Of a stretch of 64,000 bases of DNA, positions 25,112 through 37,567 are shown piece by piece. Made by a program: the position numbers and the translations under genes. Position 1 is the first letter of the stretch, and each line of letters starts with the position of its first letter. The notes beneath the pieces are model-generated. The model had not been told where the DNA came from, did no database searches, and was given only the letters and a program-made list of their open reading frames with translations. The stretch is from the human T2T-CHM13v2.0 reference genome, Homo sapiens: NCBI RefSeq assembly GCF_009914755.1, contig NC_060925.1; one strand, written 5' to 3'.

Positions 25112-28100
25112 GTAATATTAGCTAGATTGTTCCCTCACCCACCATAATTTCTTAAATTATTGCCCTTTTCTAAAGAAGAAAATTGTGTTTCAAGAATGAA
25201 TAGAAAAATTTGGCTAGCTGATAGGTACTAAGGTCTATCTTTTATCTGTAGTGCTTATATGCACACAATGAATTAATAACAATTTCCTTAAAAAGCTGTA
25301 GATTTCACTTACCCTGCTTGAGGCGCTGAGGACAGTGGTACTGGGGCTGCCTGTGCACTAGGCTGGAGTTTGCCCTCTCAGGGCCGTTGGAAGCCTCTGG
25401 CTCCATTGCTAAGGTTTGCCCTATGAGACAGCATGAACCTATTTGCTATTTTCCACAATTAAGATTCCTAAAGGGCTTGAGGCAGGACTGTTAAATTCGA
25501 AAGGATACATCACAAGTAATTGAGAGTTAATCTTAATACCATTTTGTATAGAAAGCACTAATGAAAATGAAGGGATATTTACCCCATTCACTTTCACAGA
25601 ATAAGGCACTAATCTTGGAAACTTTGAACTTCATCTAAGTCTCATCTACATTAAAAATAAAAAAAGAACACTTTGCCAATTCTTTAACAACTGACAATAA
25701 AATTCACCACCCTTGCTGTAAAGGAACAACTCATATCTTTGACAAAATGTAGGCTCTGTGTGATGAAATAGATGTTGTAAAATACTTGCATCATTTTATA
25801 TTATGGCAAATATAAAATGCAGCAGGCTATTCCATGTTGCCACAGTGATTGCTGCTTTGTAATTACTGGTGAATTTGCCCATTTTTTCTACAAATTCCAA
25901 ACACAGCCATGTCTCCAAAGATACATGTAATTACCCTGTAATGACATAGCAATTACATGAAGATGACATCCTTGCATGCTTCTGTTTCATGTAAACTTGA
26001 GCATTAAGCAGGAAGCTAGAGGATATATGGTTTGTGACCCTGAGTAATCACTGTTAATAATCCAGCTGACAAGCTTTGCATCACAATGAAACAGAGCTCA
26101 GCAGCTGCTGCTAAGCATTTCTTAAAATTATGATGTATAATTTTTAATTCCCCTTTGAAACCCATGGTTGGGTAATCAGAGGTACCTTAAATAGAATAAG
26201 GGGAACATAAGACACTTTTAATACCTGTAAATCAATTCTAGTATAACTTTTAAATGAAGCACCCCCTGCCAGGTATTTTACGTTGCTTTGTAATCTAACA
26301 GTCCTGCATGTTCTTCCTAATTTCATGGAATAAAATATGATCCTCCAAGACTCTTTGCATTACTCCAATATCCACCATTGACCATCATTCCATAAATGAC
26401 ACTTTTAAAAAACTGAATTATTTGTTACATAAGGTGAAGGGAAGGCCACACCCCTTCTTGTCCTTTATTTTCATGACTGCAAAACATTACACTTACCCAC
26501 ATTTTCCTATGACAATGACTGGGATATATTATGGTTTAAATGTTTTACTGTTTTGTTTAATTTTGTTTACATTTTTTGCCTCTAAAATCTTATATTAATT
26601 AATGGTCATGGGCTAATTGACTGGAGGAGTATGTGAATTCACGTTGGCCAGATGTAACTCTGCTTACTGGCTTACAAAACATTGGTGATTTATTGTCAAC
26701 TTACACACTTTAAACAGTAAAAAAAAAAATTACAGTTTTGATATAGGTACAAATTTATAATGTGCCTATGTACAGACAAACATTAAAAGCTTTCACAAAA
26801 TTAGTATTTTAAAATATTTTTAATCTGCTTCCATATACACACGCATATTAAAATAGAAAATGTTAATTTAAAATAAAACTCTAGTTGTTAAGTACAAACT
26901 AAGCCAGGCAAGGAGAGAGCATTTTAGAGTTTATTAAGTTTTATTTTTACCTACATATATAACTATTCATCATATAAATGTTTGTTTTATAAGAATGCTG
27001 AACTCGAAACCTGACTTAATTAGCATAAAATAAATCATAATTCTAAGGTACTCCACATTTATTTGAAGAATAATTAGTGTCTGTGACATAAACTTAGAAT
27101 CAAACCCCTAGACCCATCTATAAGGCTAAACCCTGAATCCCCATAGCAAATCTAATATGCCAAACTTGATTATATTAAACTAAATTTTCAAGACTTCTCT
27201 TGGTTAGTTGGATGGTATAGTTTTATTTGGTTTTTCATGAGGGAACTGCTTAATGTACCCATTTTTAAATAATGGAAACTGAGAGGCACAATAACTTCCT
27301 CAAAAGTATTAGAAGAGTAATGAGGAAAGAAACTTTAGCTCACAGTACCCAAAAGCTGCCAGCTACCTGCACTATCTTTCCAGCTAATAGAAGCCTAAAG
27401 GATATCCATTTCTGGTTCAAGCTTTAAGCAAAATAGAGCTTCAGAAGTAAAAATATCCTATATAAGAATGTGTGAGGAATCAAGAAAACACTGTATTCAC
27501 CTTTTATTGTGCAAAGCTGTATTGTCCTGCCAGCAGACATTATAATGAAAAATATACATCTTAAATTATAACTATGTTGAAAATTATTTGGGGTTACAAA
27601 GTTTATTTTTCTTTCATGATTGTTAAGCTGGGCTGCATAAAAGCTGCATTAATATGCCTAGCAAATACAACATCTAAAGGCTTATCACAAAATGGTATAT
27701 GCATGAATAAGTTAAGATGCTGTCCCAAATCATAAAGTAAAACTACCTTTGAATGAGCAAAGTGCATTCATATTGTACTTTTAAAATGTTCAGCAGTTCT
27801 CAAATATTGAGTGCAATGGCTAAGCCCATTTGAATAATTTAAAACACATTTTACACTGATGGCATATTGATTTATCCTTGATATACAAACTTCTCATGGT
27901 GTTTATTAAACCATCTAAAAATATCCTAACAAATGGAATCTCCATTACGATCTGTTACCAGTGAAAAGCATGTCTTATTTCCTTGGAAGTTTTCAGTTGA
28001 TTTCCTCCCATATCATAAAAATGATATCATGGAAGGCTAAGCGAATAAATAAATGGTTGTGAAATAGCCATATTTGCCGAAGCATTTCATTAATGGACAT

Positions 28101-28205
28101 CTTTCTTTAAGTAAGTGATGCATTTAAGTACGTGACGCTCCTGTGTTGATAACCTGTAAGCCATGCAGACTTGTCTCCAGCCTGTGTGTTGTCTTGTTTC
28201 TACAG

Positions 28206-28340
28206 AGTGTTATTGTAACCCTTTGGGCTCAATCCATGATCGTTGTAATGGCTCAGGATTTTGTGAGTGTAAGACTGGAACAACAGGGCCTAAGTGTGAT
28301 GAGTGTCTGCCGGGCAATTCCTGGCACTACGGCTGTCAAC
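28206..28340 (+). CDS. NTNG1: Netrin-G1 laminin-type EGF domain 3 exon ('exon 9'): (E)[44 protein letters not shown]
   Basis: Acceptor gtcttgtttctacAG, donor C|GTAAGT; 135 nt, phase 1-1; 8-Cys LE pattern; NGS sequon. Confidence 0.97.
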
Positions 28341-29136
28341 GTAAGTAACTCTGGGAGCTGCCCTCTGCCTGCTGCAGCATGGCTGATTTCTGCTTGGCTA
28401 GGCCGGTGCGTGCAGCTTCTCAGAGCAGAAAAAGATCCAAACCGCTGACAAGTTTTAAAAGCTACTTAATGCTGCGGCCAATGTATGGGAGAGCAATCCA
28501 TCAGCTGTCCAACTGGCTTTTTTGAAGCCCATCTTCATCCCCTCAGTTAGCTGGAGCAACTTATATTGAAATATTGTATGGAGATCCATATACCCGGCCA
28601 GACCATAAATTAAGTGACACAATAGGGACCCAGCGTGGAAATCTTCACCGCAGAATGAAGGGTGATGTGCATGTGATTAATATATTTCTTGAACTGAAAG
28701 TTACCCTAGAGCTCCAGAGTTCATAAATTAAATGATATCTACATAACTTATTACTACCCTTGCTATCATACCCATCACTGAATCTTAACCAAAAACCTAA
28801 AGGTAATAAATCTAAGGAATATTTAAACGTGGGGTAAAATAAATGGCAAAAATCGATATTGATTTTAAGCCTCTGAGGTTAGGCACTATGCGAGGAGCTG
28901 TGGACAAATGCCATTTGGTTCAGCCTCATTTCTCTTGAGATTACCAGGTCTTCAAAGCTTGTCAAGGCACGTGGCATGTCAGTGTGTACAAGGAACATGA
29001 ATTATAAAATCAAGGCAGAAGGTTCCTTCCGTCTTTTATAACCTTTTCTGCTTTTTAATTCCGAACTAACTTTCCATTTCATCTATAGACAGGTATTTTG
29101 CTAGTATTAAAGCACCACAAGACATATCCTGTGTAG

Positions 29137-29444
29137 CAGTGTGGTCCAATAGAAAATCAAGCAAGCCACATATGTAATTTTAGATGCTTTTGCTTTCCAC
29201 ATTAAAAAAGTAAAAAGAAATAAGAGAAATTAATTTTAATAACTATTATATTTAGCTCAAATTATATAAGATACTATTATTTCAACATATAACTAATATC
29301 AAAATTATTAAGGCTATATTTTTCGTGTTTTTTTATTGTCTTTGAAGTCAGATGTGCATTTTATACTTGCAGAAAATGTCAGTTAGGGCTGCCCATATTG
29401 TAAGGCTTAATAGCCACATGTGTCTACCATATTGGACAGCACAG
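29137..29444 (+). mobile_element. MER33 hAT-Charlie MITE
   Basis: TIRs cagtgtggtccaat ... attggacagcacag; internal agccacatatgtaatttta, aaaaaagtaaaaagaaa. Confidence 0.88.
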
Positions 29445-30489
29445 CCCTAGAGTTATTTTTGCTTACTTTTCACTTGAAACAAATGTCAGCATGCAGGAAA
29501 CATCTAAAGCCAATTTCTATAGAAAACTGTATATTATTTGTATAATACAGTAGTAATAGCAACTTTTATATTCTATAAAATAAATTCTTCATGATGAATT
29601 CTATAATAATAACTGTGTAGATCCAATTTCTATACAATATTATAGAATGTTCTATCTGTTACTTATGGAATACATAGTTATCTGGCAGCCACACTTCTAA
29701 GTAATATAACTCCAAAGTGAAATGCCATGGGCAGCAATGAGCTCTGGCAATAGGTTGAAATTTTGGCATTGAGCAGGCCAAGGTTAGAATGGAATCCAAG
29801 AACTGGGAACTGAGGTCTCCAGCCTTGCTGGAGAGGAACACTGAAAGACAGTCAAATAGTCAGAAGTCAGGCCTCACACCTGTATATAAGGTCTAGATAA
29901 AGCCATGGTTTAAAAGTCTTGCATGCTGTTGTTTTCCAGAAAGTGCTAGTCCTTAGTGCCTGGGAGAGTTGGTGGATCCCAGCAACCATGTGAAGTGTCA
30001 GGGCTCAGAGTGAAGCTATCAATCATGGCACAGCTAGACCTCAAGGCCTAGAGCAGGCCAATAGTCAGGAGAAGAGGAGAATAGGCAGAGGAAAAATCAA
30101 AACCAGCACCAAGACTCAAGGCATAAAGAATAAGGAGACTTTGTAATTAAGACACACTTCTCAAAGAGAAGATCTCATATAAAGCTCCTGAGGAAGCAGG
30201 ACCTAAAGAATGGGTTGCTGGAGTGTACTCAGGGTAAGACTTGGGAGAGGAAAATAAGTCAATCCTGCTTTGGGAAAATGCATCTCAAAAAGGACCTAAC
30301 CCAATTTTTCTATATTCATTATTGGAGTATTATAAAAAATATGGTGTTGCCACCAACTTTTCCCTTCTGGAATCAAAAGACTGAATTTAAGCCTTACCCT
30401 GCCACATACAAATCATAAAACCCTCTGTGCCTCAGTTCCAGAACCTCACATACTTGTTAGGTGGATCACTGAGATGATGAGAGGACATG

Positions 30490-30814
30490 CATTTATTCTT
30501 TTGAGTATGTATTGAGTACCTACCGTGACTTAGGCACTGGGCTAATGGTAGGGCACAGAAGGATGAAAAGAGAGAGCTACTGTGGACATGTGGACATGGA
30601 GTTCACATCCGAATGAGAGGCCCAACAATTACGATAGAAGGTAATCAGAGCTCAATAAGAGGAATGTACATGTTATTTGTTAGTGAAGCCCAACATGGGG
30701 AGTAAGTCTTCCCAGAAAAGTGACATGTAGTTAAGCACTAAAGGATCAGTGGAGCTTTCCAGGATAGGAATCTTGGGTAAACGTGATTGAGCTAACACAC
30801 TGTGTTCCAGAACT

Positions 30815-30850
<36 letters not shown>

Positions 30851-31090
30851 CATGCACATGTGTTGGGAGTAAGGGAAGATGTTAAACAGCATCCAGGGAC
30901 TAGATTATGTGGTTTCATGAATCCCAAGCTAAGACATTTTATGTTGTCAGGGAGGAAAATCGGAATCATCATATGGAGAAGATATGTGATCCATCATATG
31001 GTTTTAAGCAGAGAAATGAAAGGAACAGATTTGTTTTTAAAAAGATTATTCTAGCTACTAAGTAAAGAAAAGAATGGAATGGGTTGAAAT
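30490..31090 (-). mobile_element. L2 relic
   Basis: tattgagtacctaccgtgacttaggcactgggcta...ggttttaagcagagaaatga...ttttaaaaagattattctagct. Confidence 0.75.
30819..30848 (+). repeat. (TG)15 microsatellite
   Basis: Direct reading. Confidence 0.97.
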
Positions 31091-31879
31091 TAGATTTGAT
31101 ATATAAATTTAACATCGTCCAAACACACCTTTGGGAACATAGGAGATTTTTCTCACTCTGAAATCTTTGTTCCTTCTCTTAGACCCACCCACATAGGGCT
31201 GGTATTCTATGTTAAAATATAGAAATTCTTCTGTCAGTTAGTAAATGGCTACTTCACCAAGATCCTGAAGTGCCTTCCCCTGGGATCTCTTGGGCTGTCA
31301 CCAAGGATCAGCAATAACGAGGTAACACGTGTCACAGTAGCATGCCACTAGCACCTGCTCCAGGATTATAGTTGATGTGCATTCTGATTAGTTGGTGCTG
31401 GAAGGTTGATAAATTTTTTTTTTCATTTTGCTCCTGTCCTCACACACATGAATGCACTCAAAAATGCCCCTTGAGTGCATCCTTGTCTTCCTTTCCCCTC
31501 TTCCACTGCTCACCCTGACTTCCACTTGCCCTGAGTGGAACCCATCCTTGGATTTGGCCACAGTATTAGTAGAAGAGCTATTAACCTGGCAACACAAAAT
31601 CAATGCCAAGCAGAAAACCAGTGGGAGAGTAGGGCTGACAGTGGTGTTGCAGTGATGAGCTGAGAGTAAGCAGGCATTTAGGTAGGCACTGCCAGGGAGG
31701 CAGTAGGAGATATCAGGAAGAGTCCAAGGGATCCAGGCCCAAGGTTCCAGTCCTCCCAGAGGATTGTCAAAAGGAGCCATGTGGAATTGTGGTCCAAAAG
31801 GACTTGGGTTTGGGAACAGAAGATTTAAAAAAGGGATTCAGTAACTGACAGTGTTGCCTATATTCTGTGAATAGAAACA

Positions 31880-32110
31880 GTGAATATGCTCTTTGAGTAG
31901 ACTCTGGATTCGTAGAGACCAGGGTCTGAATCCCTTCTCCACTTCTTATGACCTGCAAGACTAAGAGGAAATTACTTGGCCCGTCTAAGCCTGGTGTTTC
32001 ATCTAAAATGGGGTAATAATATGACCTACCATATATAGTAATTGTGAAGGTTCAAATAAAATAATGAATGTGGACCTCGTAGTACATAGTAAGTGCTCAA
32101 TTATTATTAC
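31880..32110 (+). mobile_element. MIR SINE
   Basis: ttcatctaaaatggggtaataatatgacctacc...gtacatagtaagtgctcaa. Confidence 0.75.
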
Positions 32111-33114
32111 TACTTCCAAGCACATGTTGATATGCCATAGAACTAAGCAAGAATCCATGTTCAAAAGCTTTCGTGCAATGTTACTGTAGAACTTGTTGGG
32201 CCACTATTGAGGAATCAAACTGTTGACCTGGGGGCTTCTAAAAAGCCTCCTGGTTAGAGACAAGACTGATTCAAGAAAGTGAAGCAAAGCTGACCCCAAA
32301 GCAATTATGGGGTTTGAGCTGGGGACATTTTAAAAACTCCAGGCTCATCAGCAAACTTTCTGCTTGAGAGGCCACCAATTATGTACTGTGTAAATGTAGG
32401 CAAGTCTTTCTGAATTAAAAGGTGAAACACTTCTAAACCACTAGAATGAATGGTCTTTAGACAGCATAGAACAAATAACCTAGGAAAGAAAACAGAAATA
32501 ATAAGATTTCAAGGAGGCCTGGCAGAATCAAAATTAGTGTTGAGGTTACCCAATAGAAAAATGAGACATTGGAAAGAAAGAGAAAAAAAGTTTTAAATGA
32601 TCCTTTTGAAACCAGAGAAGAGTCAACAGCTAGGTTCCAGAGAATAAAATTGAGCCTTCTACATAGGAAGCAGCATTCCATGCTTTATATAAAATATGAA
32701 GGGTTAACATGTATTGGGAAGTAACTAAATAGTTGTTATCAGCGCCAAAGTAACTGGACGTAAAGGAGATTTATGACTTTTCAGTTTGGGAGAGTAGAAA
32801 TAGCCACTTGTAGAACTAATGTGACTGGTGAGGAGATATGTTTGTCTTCCTGGAGGATGTATGTAAGACACATGGGAATATGCTGCAGGGTTTATTAAAT
32901 CCACCAATTGTTAACTTGTGTGAATACTAATGGTACTTTCAGAAGAATTCATAGTCTGCTTATTTAAGTGAAAGTCAAAAGATTTGGTGATATCAGTTAA
33001 ATGTTATGATTTTGGAAGGTGCTAGAGCTGTAGGAAATAAAAAGCAAAGTACACATAGCAAGGGGGAGACAGATCACATCCTTTTCTGAGCGCAAGTGGG
33101 AAAGGCTTTCCATT

Positions 33115-33290
33115 TTTAAGGAACCATGTGAATAGATTGGGCCCACACATGTAATCTAGGATAATCTCTCCTTTTCAAGATCTTTAATTTAATCACATCT
33201 ATAAAGTCTCTTTTGCCAAGTGAGGTAAGAGGTTCTGGGGATCAGGATGTAGACATCTTTGAGAACACATTATATTGTGCTTATCATAAT
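33115..33290 (-). mobile_element. MLT1 (ERVL-MaLR) LTR fragment
   Basis: attgggcccacac...ggataatctctcc...ttaatcacatct...ttttgcca...ggttctggggatcaggatgtagacatcttt. Confidence 0.8.
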
Positions 33291-33589
33291 AATAATAAAG
33301 AATGTCAAAGTTTCATGTCAGAGATAAATATGCAGGTGTTATGAAGACAGAATGCAACTCGTGCTAGGGAAAAAGATATGCAATGGTAAAACATAATCAA
33401 AAGAAATATTTAAAAGGATTCGAGAGGAGTAATGTATGTCAAGCAGGTATAGATGTGCATTGTGCATTACAGGGTAGAGATAGTGAAATATGTTTCAATC
33501 AAGACCACAGACTGTATAAGAAAGGTATTGTGAGAGCATATTGTAGACCACTAGACCATTTAGAGGATACATTGTTCAGAGGAAAATTG

Positions 33590-33815
33590 GAAAATTTAAA
33601 CATTCTATCTTCCAAAATGGGGGAATTCAAATATCAGGAGTTCTGCTAAAAGATTTGTTCTGGTAAAATAGTTTACTTGCATTAATGAGAATTTCTTTAC
33701 CCAAAAGAGTGGAAGAAGCAGTCTGAGGAGCTACCACTTATTGGTACCATGGAGAAGGCATTGTCACATAAGGGAGCAAACACTATTAAAAATCTAAGAG
33801 GTATTGTTCCAAACA
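33590..33815 (+). mobile_element. Possible CR1/L3 3' relic
   Basis: Loose similarity to the L3 3' end (aagcagtctgag...accactta...ctaagaggtattgttccaa). Confidence 0.4.
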
Positions 33816-36800
33816 TTAAGAAAAATTCAAAATATTCCTGGGGGAAAAAGGTAGGATGTTAGACCTTTTTAAAAATGGGTGTTCACATATGCACATACAC
33901 ATACAATCACTTTTATTAAAAATAAAAGCATAAATTGTTCCCAATAGACTACCTATAAAAAAAAGAGAGACCTCTACATTAACCAACTTGACTATCAAAC
34001 GCTCTTTCTTCTGAGGTTTTGATGAACATTATTTCAGTCCCTACACTGTGTTGCAAATTTAGGCTAAATAATTTGCAAAAATGCAGATGGTATAAGGCTG
34101 TGCTGACATAGTTCAAATGACAAAAATGTAAAGATATTAGCTTACATTAAAGCTCAATTTTAGACAGTATATTATATAAGTGGCAAAGGAACTAACAATT
34201 TCAGGCTGAACAAAGATCAAAGGAGGTTATAGTCCCACTAAAACATGTCCTGAGCAGCCCACATCAAGGGGCCAGTTCTTGGAAAGAGCATTCTAGCATT
34301 GCAGACAGTGATGTAAGAGAGTCCCTTCTTTGATGAAAGTTTTTTCATATGAAACAGCGTTGAAGCAGCTTGATAACATATGTTACAGATGTCAGCCAGT
34401 GTTTGGAGGGCTAACAAGTAGACATGGTTCAGGAAGATAGAACAGGGACCATGAATAATGGAGATGGGTTTCAATTTAGCATTTTCCAACAGTTACGCTT
34501 TCTAGGTGTCTGAGAATATAGTAGGTGCATTGAGTAATGACAACTTCCCCAGACTCTGGAGAAGTTCCAATAGAAGCTGAACAGGCTCCTATCAGTGACG
34601 CTTTCTGGAGAGTTTTGGCTTAAACGAGAAATTGAGTGAAAACTCTTTAGGGCCTCTTCAACTTCCCAGCTTTAACGTCAGACCACACTCATGCAGCAGA
34701 GGGGAGGCATCGTGAAGTTGCCCACCTCAGTTTATAGTAAGAACCACAGTTTGATCACTTGGCTGTCCTCTACACTCTAATCTTTCTTTACCCACAGACC
34801 TCAGACTCTCATACTTCCCACTAACCGTGTTCTCAGTCCTCACTTCTGGTTTCCAAAAGTCAGAAACTAGAGACTTAAATAACTCCTTTTATTCTAGGGA
34901 TTAATTGGTTCCTATCAAACTCTTCTATTACTATAGTTCAGGAGGTTTTCTTTTTTTCTTTTTTTCTTTTTGGAGGGGATAGGGGATTAACTACTACAGT
35001 CCTGACGAATTGTGATCATGAAGGTATTAAGATGATGCTTCCAATTGCCTCTGTGAGATGAAGATTATACCTCCCTGGACAAATATCTTGCGCCTAACTT
35101 GTAATTTTTCAATGTTTCTAGTTGCTGTCTCTTCCTATTTGTCGTGTTACATTAAAATGTCCAGTTCACATTTCACCAGTTGACCTCACACTTTGAATTC
35201 ATTGACAGGCAGCATGTCACTTAAACAAGGATGTGTCTGTGATGCTGCAGAGCATCTGTAGTTGCTAAACATATGATTTCCCTCATTTGGCCCTCACATG
35301 TCTATCAATCTCTATCACTACAAGTTGGTCTCATCAATAAAATGAATGACATCACTGAATCCAAGTTTTTAATTTCCTTAGTATCATTAGTTTCCAATAG
35401 CACCTTGAACACAGCATCATTTCCCTTGCTACATACATAAGGGTGATGAAAAATAAATAGAGAGAGGCACTTGATGTTACTGTGGTACGACTCCTAAGGG
35501 TGGGAAGGAAGTGCTCTTTAAACAGAACCAGTAGGAGCCTCCCAGAGGCAATTTAAAAAGGAAAATATTAGGAAGACAGGAAATAGAAAGTGGCAATTTG
35601 TAGGCATTACAAATAAGCTGGTAGTACTCCTGGGGGCAAAAAGGATCGTTTTGTCTGCTAGATGAGCAAACCCCAGGGTTGCCCCCAGTTGTGAAGTATC
35701 TCTTGATTCAGCAGGAAGATGCCACACCACTCAGTCTTGCTAATAGCCATTGCATTCCAGATGCAGCTCTTATTTTCCCTTGATTCTTAATGTAAAAAGC
35801 CCATAGACCTCTAAAACATCAGGGACCTGATGCTACCTCTGAGCATGCAGAGTCAGGGCTTATGCTGTGGAAAGGACTTTAACTCTTCACACACTAAGGG
35901 CTCCATTCAGAGCAACCACAAAAGGGATACACTGATGGAGCTGGCTTGAAAGCAGTGAGTTGTTCTGAATGTACTCCACAGTAGCATCATATCCTAAATA
36001 CATTCAAAACCCACAGCTCCTGAATTGCTGAAGCTTAGCCTAGGGCAAATGCAGACAGTGGACATACCAGACGGCAATTCCAGGCACCCACTGGCATTCT
36101 GAGGCTTGCCTACTATTTAGCCATCCTGTGCTCAGCTCAGAGAGGGGCCTCCACTTTGACCTGGATGGCAACTTTTCATATTTACTTGACAATCCATGTT
36201 AATTTCCCCCTTTATTTAAAGAGAATATTGAGAAGGACATGTATGCTCAAACTCCACAATTTCACACCGCAGAACCACTGAAGCTTAACAGTGAAAGGTG
36301 TATGAAATGCTGGTGCTCATGGAAAAATGCAGGCACAGTTTTATCTGCTAGCAGCCGAGAATCAAAGCAACAGCCTGATCCTACCTGATAATAAGATGAT
36401 AAGAAGGCCAAGTGGTAATACAATATGTGAAGCTCTTTTCTTACGTAAGTACATAAGTGGAGTTTCACCTTGGGCCATTCTTTACACACTAATGAGTGTA
36501 TGTGTGAGTGTGTATGTAAGAAAAAATTTCAAAATTTTCTAAAGCTACATATATAAAGATAATGTCTAAATGTGAAAATCAGCCCAATTGCAAAAGGGCC
36601 ATCCTACTTGAAACTTGCAGAATAAATATTTCAGTTAAGCAAGGGCAAGTTCTCAGCCCCCAGCGGAACAGAATTCTGGGGAAGAGGAGTCACAGATAGA
36701 CTATGATGAGAGGGTTCTTGAAAACTAAATTGTAGGAGTCAACACAGTGAGGTGAAAGGAAGCCTTAGATTTGGAGTCGGGGTCTTGTTCTAGGTGTAAC

Positions 36801-36999
36801 TCCACCACCTCTCCAAAGAATGTTTGCTCAATCATCAGCCTTTGAATTTCCTTCTGTGAAATCCTAGAGAGGGCTTGGATATTCCAAGGTTCCTTCTTGG
36901 TCTGAAATTCTGTGATCCTGAAATCTTACAAATGGTCCCATCAGTTTACATATGGACTTATTTCTAGTAAAGAATTATTATTATTTTAAAATAATAAAA

Positions 37000-37160
37000 A
37001 GTGTTACTTACTGAGCCCTTTGTATGTGTCGGGAACATGTATGCATTATCTCATTCCACAGGAGAAGATTATTTTCCTTATTTTATAGATGACAAAACTG
37101 AGATTTAAAGAGGATAATTCCACCAACTCAAATACCTGTTAAGTAGCACACCAGTTACTA
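37000..37160 (-). mobile_element. MIR SINE
   Basis: ttattttatagatgacaaaactgagatttaaagagg. Confidence 0.7.
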
Positions 37161-37249
37161 GTGAATATTTATTGTTAATCAAATGGCATTTTATAGGATT
37201 TTGTCACTTTTACTTTGCAGATGGAGACAGAAGCTTTGATAATTTATTC

Positions 37250-37567
37250 CAGGGGTCAGCAAATTCTTTCTGTAATGGGCCAGATGGCAACAATTTTAGG
37301 CTCTGTAGGCCATACAGTCTCTGTCACAGCTACTCAACCCTGCTATTGTACTGCCATAGACAACGCTTAAATGAAAGAGTGTAGCTGTGTTCCGGTAAAA
37401 CTTTTTTTATGGATGCTGAAATTTGAATTTCATGTAATTTTCATGTGCCAAGAAATATTCTTCTTTTGATTTTGTTTCAATCATTTAAAAAAGGTAAAAA
37501 CCATTCTTAGTTCATAGGCCATTGTAAACAGGAAGCAGGCTGGATTTGGCTTGCAGATCATAGTTTG
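37250..37567 (+). mobile_element. MER58B hAT-Charlie MITE with perfect 8-bp TSD
   Basis: caggggtcagcaaa...ggctggatttggc...tagtttg; TSD atttattc at 37242-37249 and 37568-37575. Confidence 0.9.

Noticed and set aside
25322-25346. REST/RE1-like ggcgctgaggacagtggtactg (also tcagcactagacag near 5682)
   Set aside because: Key TCC/GGA half-site bases and spacing do not match; chance level.
25924-25959. Inverted repeat catgtaatt / aattacatg
   Set aside because: A 9-bp AT-rich stem is expected by chance in 64 kb; no miRNA-length stem.
29680-30250. Possible old LTR-like segment
   Set aside because: I could not match it to a family or find termini or a TSD by eye; needs a Dfam search.
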